DNA from: a bacterium | GTDB lineage: Bacteria; Patescibacteriota; Patescibacteriia; UBA9570 | Direction: 5' to 3' | Assembly (NCBI GenBank): GCA_030698395.1 | Contig: JAUYKW010000025.1 | Location: forward strand, 68,179-132,178 | DNA: 64,000 bases | Shown: positions 11,066 to 19,427 of the stretch, piece after piece | Layout of the letters: every line of letters starts with the position of its first letter | Position numbering within the stretch: position 1 is the first letter of the stretch | Notes under the pieces: model-generated | What the model saw: only the letters and a program-made list of their open reading frames with translations | Databases searched by the model: none | Told to the model about the DNA's origin: nothing | Position numbers and translations under genes: made by a program

Positions 11066-11094
11066 AGTATAAATACGAATAGGCCTTCTGTCAA
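11066..11094 (-). promoter_or_regulatory. Sigma70 promoter for nusA
   Basis: Minus strand TTGACA-17 bp-TATACT. Confidence 0.8.
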
Positions 11095-11142
11095 GTTATT
11101 TTTCCACCTTTTGTTACCAATTCAATTCTTATCAAATTCCTA

Positions 11143-11232
11143 TTATTTTCTTTGAATAAAACTCCTAATACTACGCCTATTGCGAAATATTAAGCCTAAT
11201 CCGATAAATCCTAATAAATACCAACCCATCAT
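11143..11232 (-). CDS. Possible 29-aa small membrane peptide (MMGWYLLGFIGLGLIFRNRRSIRSFIQRK)
   Basis: Manual translation; hydrophobic N-terminus followed by an Arg-rich tail; co-oriented with yraN. Confidence 0.3.
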   Translation of the reverse strand: MMGWYLLGFIGLGLIFRNRRSIRSFIQRK

Positions 11233-11263
11233 GAACTAATACTAGTCCTGCATCTTCTGAAAG

Positions 11264-11629
11264 TCAAAGATCTATATTGTTAATACATCTCAATAATGCC
11301 CTTCCACTTTGTTTATCCATCAAAATACTTATCACGCCTACAGATAAAGCTCGATATTTTGTAATTTTATTAAAACTAAGAAAAACAATTGCTGAACGTT
11401 TAATCCTTTTTACTTTTTGCAAAGAAACTGCTTCCACCGGCTTTCCATGATACGTACTATTCCTTGCTTTTACTTCAAAAAAATAATATACCTCTTGTTT
11501 AAAAGCAATAATATCAATTTCTCCCTGCCGGATTAGAAAATTCCGCTTTACTATTTTATAACCATTTTTCTTTAAATACTTTACTGCAATATTTTCACCG
11601 GTTTTTCCAACTAATTTTTTCTGATTCAT
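11264..11629 (-). CDS. yraN: YraN family (UPF0102) endonuclease-like protein
   Basis: GKTGENIAVKYL..GY.I..RN, GEIDIIA, FFEVKAR. Confidence 0.9.
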   Translation of the reverse strand: MNQKKLVGKTGENIAVKYLKKNGYKIVKRNFLIRQGEIDIIAFKQEVYYFFEVKARNSTYHGKPVEAVSLQKVKRIKRSAIVFLSFNKITKYRALSVGVISILMDKQSGRALLRCINNIDL

Positions 11630-11695
11630 AACAGATTCCTAAAAAATAAAACGCCCATTAAGTGGACGCCTTTTGTTTAAAATTGTGTTTCTTTT

Positions 11696-12244
11696 TTACT
11701 TTACGAAAATCAAACCCCAATGATATTGTCCGGCATCAAATTCTTCAATTAACTGCATCGACAATTCAGTTGCGTATCCTTTTATTTCTTCTGGATGAAC
11801 TCGCACTGCTTCTTCTGGGCCAAATGGAGCGCTAACACCTGGTTTCCAATCTACAACTGCTAATCGCGCACCTGGTTTCATCATCCGATATGTTTCTTGC
11901 ATTATCTTCATGCGTTGCTTTGATTGAAACAATGTTGTTACTAAAAACGCCACATCTAATGCATTGTCAGTTATCGCTCTAGTAGCTCCATAGATTTCTA
12001 AATTGCTCCAAACAGTTTGAACATTATTAATACCATGAACTTTAGCCTTCGTTGCAATTGTAGGCAAAATAGATTTTACAACATCAACTGCATAAGCTAT
12101 ACCATGCTCACCAACAATTCTTCCAGCGGAAAGAGCCATTCTACCCTCTCTACCAGTTCCTAAATCAGCAATGATATCCCCAGGTTTTACACCTGCTTTT
12201 TTAATAACTCCTGGCGCATCAATTATAATTGTATTATATGGCAT
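11696..12244 (-). CDS. Class I SAM-dependent methyltransferase
   Basis: IADLGTGREG, YAVDV, MKPGARLAVVDW; start set at MPYNT (12244). Confidence 0.85.
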   Translation of the reverse strand: MPYNTIIIDAPGVIKKAGVKPGDIIADLGTGREGRMALSAGRIVGEHGIAYAVDVVKSILPTIATKAKVHGINNVQTVWSNLEIYGATRAITDNALDVAFLVTTLFQSKQRMKIMQETYRMMKPGARLAVVDWKPGVSAPFGPEEAVRVHPEEIKGYATELSMQLIEEFDAGQYHWGLIFVK

Positions 12245-12254
12245 ATCACATATA

Positions 12255-12851
12255 TTATATACCAAAGCGTTGAATCGGAGCAAACGACTTGCGATGTATC
12301 AAGTGGGGTTTGTAAATTTCTAATTGTTGTTCATGATATTTAGTTCCATAACCCTTATGCTTAGCGAATACAAATCTACCATCAAACATATCAAATCGTC
12401 GCATTAAACGATCGCGGACAACTTTGGCTATAATAGAAGCTGCACCAATGTTATAGCTTTTTGCATCTCCACCTATTACCTGTTCAGTTGGCACGAAATG
12501 TTCAATTTTAAAACCATCCACTAAAACGATATCTGGTACAACATCCAAATGAGTAATTGCATACGATAAAGCTAACTTATTTGCTTCATGAACACCAAGT
12601 GTATCAATCTCATTTTGATTTACACTCACCACTGCCCAACAGAGAGCTTGTTTGGTAATTAGTGGAAATAACTGTTCCCGCTTTCTTTCTGATATTTTCT
12701 TTGAATCTGTTATTCCAGATACTATTTTATTGGGCATAATAACTGCAGCGGCAACCAATGGACCAGCCCAAGCCCCTCTACCAGCTTCATCAACACCTGC
12801 AATCACTTTAAAACCATCTCTTTTAAACTTATTATCAATATTTATACCCAT
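12255..12851 (-). CDS. rnhB: Ribonuclease HII
   Basis: GVDEAGRGAWAGP, DSKK, LVDG, AASIIAKVVRD, HKGYGT, HRKSF. Confidence 0.96.
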   Translation of the reverse strand: MGINIDNKFKRDGFKVIAGVDEAGRGAWAGPLVAAAVIMPNKIVSGITDSKKISERKREQLFPLITKQALCWAVVSVNQNEIDTLGVHEANKLALSYAITHLDVVPDIVLVDGFKIEHFVPTEQVIGGDAKSYNIGAASIIAKVVRDRLMRRFDMFDGRFVFAKHKGYGTKYHEQQLEIYKPHLIHRKSFAPIQRFGI

Positions 12852-12978
12852 ACTTGTATAATATAGTATTTTCTGGCATAATCCTATCCTGTGGAAATGT
12901 ACTTGCCAAAAGAAAATGGTATGATAAAGTATGATATTCTCTCAAATTACTAACATGGTATAATCCTAATCACAAAAA

Positions 12979-13815
12979 ATGACTAAACATATAGGAAAAG
13001 AACGACTCACGATTACAATGCGCAAGGATGTGCTGGCTTCTTTAGATAAATTCATTGATGGAAAAAAAATTCGTAATCGCTCGCATGCAATAGAATATAT
13101 TGTAGGACACTATCTTGGCGCAGGAATTGATACTTGTGTTATTTTAGCAGCTGGCAAAGAAGAACAAAGCACTAGTCCTCTTCTCAGAATTCAAAATAGA
13201 CCAGTAATTGCTTACACCATCGAATTACTCAGACAAGCCGGGATTCACAAAATTATATTAGTAACGAGCGGTGGCCGACAAGATCTCCAAAAATATCTTG
13301 GCGATGGATCACAGTGGAAAATAAATATTACTTATATTGAAGACTATAAAGGAACTGGCACAGCTCATTCACTTCATCTAGCAAAAGATTATATCAAAGA
13401 CACATTCATTCTTATGTATGGTGATATCTTGATAGATATTGACATTCAAGAAATAGTTAAATTTCACAAAGAACAAGATGATGTAATAAGCACAATGGCT
13501 GTAACTGGTTGTTCAAATATGTCTTTATATGGAGTAACTGAATTACAAGGCAGTAGAGTTTATCGAATCATAGAAAAGCCACAAGCCCACACAAAGAGTA
13601 ATCTAGTATATTCAGGCATGTCTGTGTGCGAGCCATCTTTATTAGACTATCTTGATATAAAAAATAAAAATTACATTACTCGCGATGTAATGCCAGATTT
13701 AGCTCATCGTGGCCAAGTTGCTGGTTATCCATTTACTGGGAAATGGTTTGATATTTCTCATCCAGAAGAGTATGAACTTGCACAGCAACAGTGGGCACAA
13801 ACCATGACGGACTAG
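12979..13815 (+). CDS. Ribbon-helix-helix domain fused to a (degenerate) sugar-phosphate nucleotidyltransferase domain
   Basis: RLTITMRKDVLASLD..IRNRSHAIEYIV (CopG/NikR-like); VILAAG, LGDGSQW, GTAHSL, YGDIL, EKP, WFDI. Confidence 0.8.
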   Translation: MTKHIGKERLTITMRKDVLASLDKFIDGKKIRNRSHAIEYIVGHYLGAGIDTCVILAAGKEEQSTSPLLRIQNRPVIAYTIELLRQAGIHKIILVTSGGRQDLQKYLGDGSQWKINITYIEDYKGTGTAHSLHLAKDYIKDTFILMYGDILIDIDIQEIVKFHKEQDDVISTMAVTGCSNMSLYGVTELQGSRVYRIIEKPQAHTKSNLVYSGMSVCEPSLLDYLDIKNKNYITRDVMPDLAHRGQVAGYPFTGKWFDISHPEEYELAQQQWAQTMTD

Positions 13816-14149
13816 TTAGGAGGGGGTCTGTCTTTTTTAGTTGTCGGTATTTGGAACCAATATGGTTCTAAACATTGGCACACTAAAGTATTCCAACTGC
13901 AGTGTGTTCGCTCATTTTTTTTCTCATCAACATTCCCTCGCTAAGTTACAATCGTTACTGGCGAATAATCTGCTGTGCTTTGGAGGAAGTACAAGTACGT
14001 TACGACGTTTAAAAGATCCCCCCCCACACACAAAGCTTCAAACTCCCTTGGATAAGGAGTTGTTGACCTACCTCTCGGCTGATCCGGCCGCATGACATCA
14101 ATCGACGGAGACGAAATTGTCTGATCACTCAAACCCTCAGGAGGTTAAC

Positions 14150-15724
14150 ATGCCTGGAACCAAACCCGGTGCGAACACGCATCGGATCGAACCTGTCGAC
14201 ATGGACGGCGACCAGCTGTACGCCCATGCTGGCTTCCACGGACGCACTGCGGACGAGCTGCGACCCAAGCCCACGGAGAGCACCTGGACGCTTCCCAAGA
14301 GCGGACAGATCATCGCTGCTTGCGAGCCGGCTCTGCGCCTGCTCCGCCCGCTGGTGGACTACGCCAAGACCGAAGCCGCCGGCAACAAGCACGACCTGAC
14401 GCTCCTTCCGCTCGCTGTTGGCGAGTACGAAGGCCTGCCGCCCGAGATGGTGTACGGTCGCGCTAGTCGCGATATCCGCCATCACGAGCACTACACGCGC
14501 AACAGCCGGGGAGATGACCGTCTGCTGAAGTCCCACGCCCAGTGGCTGACCTACATGACCGGTGTCGACTACAGTCCCGAGGATATCCTGATCACCACCG
14601 GCGGCATTGGTGCTTGCCAGATCGTGATTCAGTTCCTCACCGATCCCGGCGACGAGATCTGCTTCGTCGAGCCCTCGTGGCCCAACTCCAAGGTGCTGGC
14701 CAAGTCCTACGGTCGCAAGGTGAGTACCCTTGTTCTGTCCCCCGAGGACAACTTCGGCCTGCCGCAGACAAGCCAGGAGTGGGAGGAGCGCGTGCCCAAG
14801 ACCGCCAAGGTCCTGTGGCTCGAGATGCCCTCCAACCCTTCCGGCTTCGGCTGGCGGAGTATGCAAGAGCGCGAAGTGGTAGCCGAGTTCGTGGCCAAGC
14901 GTGGTATCCTGCTGTTCGTGGACGAGGAGTATCGCCTCCTCTACGCTGATCAGCGCCCCAAGACGATCCTGAGCCTCGGCGCCCCGAACGTGATCGCTTC
15001 GTCGGCCTGGGACAAGACCCTGTGCATGACGAGCGCCCGCCTGGGCAGTCTCGAGACCGCCGATCCGAACATCCAGCGCCTCCTCCAGCCCCTCGGCAAC
15101 ACGCTGTTGTCCGCACCGAACTTCATGCGGCTCCAGCAGCACATCGCCGCGATCATGTACGACAAGACGACCTTCGGTGCCCTGGCCTACGTCGAAGGCC
15201 TCGCTGCCGAGATCGAAACCAACCGTGTCCTGACGGCCAAGGTGCTCAATGGCAGCATCGGCATCCACATGAAGGGCAATGCAGGATTCTACGATCCGTG
15301 GATCTTGCCGGAGCTCCGCTCGGGTGGCGCCATGCAGGCCCTCATGTTCAGCCTGGTGCAGCTCGCCCAGGACGAACGCGATGGCAAGCAGAGCGAGATC
15401 ACCGTGTTCTCCAACGCCGTGCCATGGGCCGGCTTCTACACCGACAAGACCGCGGCTCCCGAAGGATACCGGATCACGCTCGGGAGGTCCAAGGATCAGG
15501 GCCTCGCAACGGCGCTTCACGCCTTGCATGCGCAAGTCAGCCGATACATCCACGCGGGCCAGCCCTACATGGGTACGCCCAAGGAGGTGGTGACGCGCTT
15601 CCTGGCTGGCGAAAAGATCGAGCCCGGTGCATGGCCCGGAGAGAAGCGCTTCCACGCCGTCGGTGGACAGAGCGAGAGCGAGAGCGGGCAGGGCACGACC
15701 GTCCCCAAGGTCGAGGCCAGCTAG
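14150..15724 (+). CDS. Divergent class I/II PLP-dependent aminotransferase, high-GC gene
   Basis: EDILITTGG, DPGDEI..EP, PSNPSG, VDEEYR, S..DK..ARLG; SD AGGAGG before ATG 14150; codons mostly end in C/G. Confidence 0.85.
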   Translation: MPGTKPGANTHRIEPVDMDGDQLYAHAGFHGRTADELRPKPTESTWTLPKSGQIIAACEPALRLLRPLVDYAKTEAAGNKHDLTLLPLAVGEYEGLPPEMVYGRASRDIRHHEHYTRNSRGDDRLLKSHAQWLTYMTGVDYSPEDILITTGGIGACQIVIQFLTDPGDEICFVEPSWPNSKVLAKSYGRKVSTLVLSPEDNFGLPQTSQEWEERVPKTAKVLWLEMPSNPSGFGWRSMQEREVVAEFVAKRGILLFVDEEYRLLYADQRPKTILSLGAPNVIASSAWDKTLCMTSARLGSLETADPNIQRLLQPLGNTLLSAPNFMRLQQHIAAIMYDKTTFGALAYVEGLAAEIETNRVLTAKVLNGSIGIHMKGNAGFYDPWILPELRSGGAMQALMFSLVQLAQDERDGKQSEITVFSNAVPWAGFYTDKTAAPEGYRITLGRSKDQGLATALHALHAQVSRYIHAGQPYMGTPKEVVTRFLAGEKIEPGAWPGEKRFHAVGGQSESESGQGTTVPKVEAS

Positions 15725-15871
15725 CAGCAGCTAGCAACATGATGAGAAGAACTGCGCGGATTCCGCAGTAACATTTCCCTTTCCTAGGAGGAAACGGTTA
15801 GTAGATGAATCCACTACTAACCACCCCCCTGTGCGTTTCAAAAAATGGAACATACAGGAAGGTATATAAAC

Positions 15872-15909
15872 AAAAGTAGGTACATACCATGGCATGTACC
15901 TACTTTTTT
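15872..15909. terminator. Bidirectional terminator, GTAG REP-like palindrome copy 2
   Basis: AAAAGTAGGTACATACCATGGCATGTACCTACTTTTTT between convergent genes. Confidence 0.8.
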
Positions 15910-15924
15910 GTTAATTGCTAAATT

Positions 15925-17166
15925 CTACGCAATGCCTCTTGCAAGCATGGCTTCCTCAATTCGCTTGGCAGCAACAATATAAGCTGCCGTTCTCATGTCG
16001 CAACCATATCTATCCATGGTATCCCATACGGAATTAAATGAACTTACCATAATTGGTTCTAACTTCTGCAACACTTCTTTTTCTGTCCAATAATAATTGT
16101 AAGAATTTTGAACTTGCTCAAAGTAAGAAACTGTAACTCCACCGGCATTCGCAAGAATATCTGGCACAACTACAATACCCTTTCTAAATAATTTTTCATC
16201 TGCTTCTGGAGTGGTTGGTCCATTTGCCAATTCTACAATTGCACGTACTTTAATTTTACCTGCATTTTCTTTAGTAATTACATTTTCTAATGCAGCTGGA
16301 ACTAAAATATCACACTTCGTTGTTAAAATTTGTTCATTAGTAATATTCTTTGCTCCTGGAAAATCTGATACAGAACCAGTTTCTTGCTTATGCTTTTCAA
16401 TCTCAACTGGATCTAACCCTTTTTCATTTACAACACCGCCACGTGAATCTGATACAGCAATAACTTTATAACCTTTCTTAGTTAAAATTTTTGCCATATA
16501 AGCTCCAGCATTTCCGTAGCCTTGAATTGCAACTGTAGCTCCTTTTTTTAACTTTAGTTGCTTTGCTAATTCTAAAGTTACATACACACCACCCTGAGCT
16601 GTGGAATAACCTCTTCCTTCAGATCCACCAATACTTAATGGTTTGCCAGTAATCATTCCTGGAGCATGTTTAGCATGAATCTGTTCATATTCATCCATCA
16701 TCCAAGCCATGATCTGTGGAGTTGTATATACATCAGGTGCTGGAATATCTTTTTCTGGTCCAACATCATTCGCTAATCTACGCATAAATCCACGAGCTAG
16801 CTTTTCTAATTCAGTTTCAGATAATTTTTTTGGATCAACCTTAATTCCACCTTTACCTCCACCTAAAGGAATTCCAACTACTGCACATTTAAATGTCATC
16901 CAAAAAGATAATGCCTTTACCTCATGAATATCTGTTGCTGGATGAAATCTTATGCCTCCTTTATATGGTCCTCGTGAATCATCATATTGCACACGATATC
17001 CCTCAAAAACCTTCACCGATCCATCATCCATCCGAACTGGGATAGAAATATGAATTTCTCGCTTAGGAAATTGTAATCTTTCATGAACTGCAGGATCTAG
17101 CTCCATTAATTCGGCAGCTTTATTTAATTGTTGCAATCCTGATTTAAATGGGTTTACTTTAGCCAT
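15925..17166 (-). CDS. gdhA: Glu/Leu/Phe/Val-family (glutamate) dehydrogenase
   Basis: GPYKGGIRFHP, GGGKGG, DIPAPDV, GYGNAG, ELANGP, PDILANAGGVTVSYFE. Confidence 0.94.
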   Translation of the reverse strand: MAKVNPFKSGLQQLNKAAELMELDPAVHERLQFPKREIHISIPVRMDDGSVKVFEGYRVQYDDSRGPYKGGIRFHPATDIHEVKALSFWMTFKCAVVGIPLGGGKGGIKVDPKKLSETELEKLARGFMRRLANDVGPEKDIPAPDVYTTPQIMAWMMDEYEQIHAKHAPGMITGKPLSIGGSEGRGYSTAQGGVYVTLELAKQLKLKKGATVAIQGYGNAGAYMAKILTKKGYKVIAVSDSRGGVVNEKGLDPVEIEKHKQETGSVSDFPGAKNITNEQILTTKCDILVPAALENVITKENAGKIKVRAIVELANGPTTPEADEKLFRKGIVVVPDILANAGGVTVSYFEQVQNSYNYYWTEKEVLQKLEPIMVSSFNSVWDTMDRYGCDMRTAAYIVAAKRIEEAMLARGIA

Positions 17167-17206
17167 ATCTATTATTAGTTATTAATCAAGTGACCTTATT
17201 ATATAG

Positions 17207-18403
17207 TTACCCTTTATACTGTTCAAGGGCTAATCCTATTAACTCCAAAGAACGCTTTAAATCCTTCTCTTTTAGCATGAATGCCAATCTAACCTCCTGC
17301 TTACCCATACCTTTGCTAGCATAAAAACCGGCAGCTGGCGCAAGTAGTACTGTTTCATTTTTATCCTGAAATTTCTTTATCATCCATTCGGCAAAGATGT
17401 CTGCATCCTTCACAGGAAGACCAATCACAATATAGAATGCTCCCTCTGGTTTTGAAAAAGTTATACCTTTAATTTTCTTTAGCCCTTCATACACAACATC
17501 TCTTCGTTTCGCAAACTCCTTCACGAGCGGAGCTGTATATTTTTTTGGATTCTTTAGCATTGGTAACATCGCTTGCTGTTCAATGCTAGCAACAGACAAG
17601 CGTGCCATGCCCATTTTCAAAGACGCGGCAATGACATCTTTATTTTTACTCGCAATCACACCAATTCTAGCTCCACAAATATTAAACCTCTTCGATGCAC
17701 TATCCAAAACAATTGCTTGATTACGAATTTCTGGAAAATTCATGATTGAATAATGTTTGCTTTCAAAAGAAAACTCTCGATACACTTCATCCGATAATAC
17801 AAACAAATTATATTGTTTTGCAATCTTTACTAATCTGGTTAACTCTTGTTTTGTAAAAATTGTACCTGTAGGATTAGATGGATTGCAAATCAAAATTGCT
17901 TTTGTACGTTTGGTAATCTTACTTTTAATTTCAGCATCTGATGGTAAATGAAATCCATTATCAATACTTAACGTAACTGGTTTTAACTTCACGGTAGCTA
18001 AGGACGCAAATCCATTATAGTTTGTATAAAATGGTTCAAATACTAACACCTCGTCATTTGGATCACATACTGCCTGCATCGCAAAGATAATTGCTTCGGA
18101 TCCACCAGTGGTAACTACAATATCTTCCGATTTAAAATCAATATTATTTCTTTTGAAATATATAGACCAAGCATCCAAAGTGCTTTCCAAGCCATTTGAT
18201 GGTGCGTATGCAACTGTATCGGGTTTATAAGCCCGAACTGCCTTAAGAAAGTCTGGATGTGTTGGCAAATCTGGTTGACCAATGTTTAAGTGATAAACTT
18301 TTACACCTTTCTTTTTACGGTCCTCTGCTGCTGAAGCTAATTTTCTTAATGGCGAGGCCTGCATGTTTCCTGCTCTCTGCGATATTGGTGGTACTTTTTT
18401 CAT
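17207..18403 (-). CDS. Aspartate aminotransferase-like class I PLP enzyme
   Basis: HLNIGQPD, VTTGGSEA, NPSNPTG, SDEVYREF, DSASKRF..GARIG. Confidence 0.9.
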   Translation of the reverse strand: MKKVPPISQRAGNMQASPLRKLASAAEDRKKKGVKVYHLNIGQPDLPTHPDFLKAVRAYKPDTVAYAPSNGLESTLDAWSIYFKRNNIDFKSEDIVVTTGGSEAIIFAMQAVCDPNDEVLVFEPFYTNYNGFASLATVKLKPVTLSIDNGFHLPSDAEIKSKITKRTKAILICNPSNPTGTIFTKQELTRLVKIAKQYNLFVLSDEVYREFSFESKHYSIMNFPEIRNQAIVLDSASKRFNICGARIGVIASKNKDVIAASLKMGMARLSVASIEQQAMLPMLKNPKKYTAPLVKEFAKRRDVVYEGLKKIKGITFSKPEGAFYIVIGLPVKDADIFAEWMIKKFQDKNETVLLAPAAGFYASKGMGKQEVRLAFMLKEKDLKRSLELIGLALEQYKG

Positions 18404-18431
18404 GCTTTCTGTTTGATTATTTAACTAAGAA

Positions 18432-19409
18432 TTAAGTTCTAATAAAATGATTATCATTACTTACTTTCCAATCCTGATCTATTTTTACTTCTTTACCATC
18501 AAGCTCCATTAAATATGTATAGCACTCCAGTGCAGCTTTGCAACCTTCCCCAGCCGATACTATTACTTGTTTATATTTCGATGTTGTTACATCACCAGCA
18601 GCAAAGACACCCACAGATGAAGTATGGCAAGTTTCATCCACAATAATTTCATTCTTTTTATTGAGCTCTACAATATTAGAAACAAATTTTACGGCAGACA
18701 TGAAGCCGGCATTAATAAAAACTGCATCCACTTCCAATTCTCTTGTTACATCGCTTTCTCCTTTTTGAGTAATAGTTATTTTTTGAACTTTGTCACTACC
18801 AATAATTTCCGCAACTTGAGCGTTTAAAACTTGCTCCACATTTGAAGATTCTTGCATAGATTTTACAAGCACTTCTTCAGCTCTAAAAGTATCACGACGA
18901 TGTATTAAAAAAACTTTTTTTGCAACTGAACCTAGTTCAATTGAAGTTTCTAATGCAGAATTACCACCTCCAACAACTGCTACATTCTTATTCTTCATTA
19001 AGTCTCGAACTCCAGCTGTTGAATGATAAACTCCCTTTCCAGATAATTGTTCTTCTCCAGGTACATTCAAGTTACGGGGAGTTAAACCAAATGCTAGTAC
19101 AATTGAACGACTAACCATAGTTTCGTTATTATATGTTGTTTCAAAATTACCATCAGACAATTTAGTAATTCCTTTAACTTCACCTAAAACAAATTCAGCA
19201 CCCTGATCTACAGCTTGCTGTTTGAATCTCTGCATTAGCTCTGCGCCATCTACCGCTCCTACTCCTGGATAATTTTCAATCACAGACGTACTTGCCGCTT
19301 GTCCACCAACGTCCTTGCTTATAATTACTGTGCTCAAAGAACGACGTGCACAATATAGCGCCGCACTTAAACCTGCTGGTCCACCACCAACTATAACAAC
19401 ATCATACAT
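18432..19409 (-). CDS. Thioredoxin-reductase-fold FAD/NAD(P)H oxidoreductase lacking the CXXC motif
   Basis: GGGPAGLSAA, IENYPG, GGGNSA, HRRDTFRA, FAAGD; the CXXC position reads YHSTAG. Confidence 0.85.
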   Translation of the reverse strand: MYDVVIVGGGPAGLSAALYCARRSLSTVIISKDVGGQAASTSVIENYPGVGAVDGAELMQRFKQQAVDQGAEFVLGEVKGITKLSDGNFETTYNNETMVSRSIVLAFGLTPRNLNVPGEEQLSGKGVYHSTAGVRDLMKNKNVAVVGGGNSALETSIELGSVAKKVFLIHRRDTFRAEEVLVKSMQESSNVEQVLNAQVAEIIGSDKVQKITITQKGESDVTRELEVDAVFINAGFMSAVKFVSNIVELNKKNEIIVDETCHTSSVGVFAAGDVTTSKYKQVIVSAGEGCKAALECYTYLMELDGKEVKIDQDWKVSNDNHFIRT

Positions 19410-19427
19410 AATAGAATGTGATGTCAA

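Noticed and set aside
14129-15771. Long antisense ORF (508 aa) and several alternate-frame ORFs over the high-GC gene
   Set aside because: Expected shadows of a gene with very high GC3, where stops are rare; no recognisable motifs, Arg/Pro/Ala-rich translations
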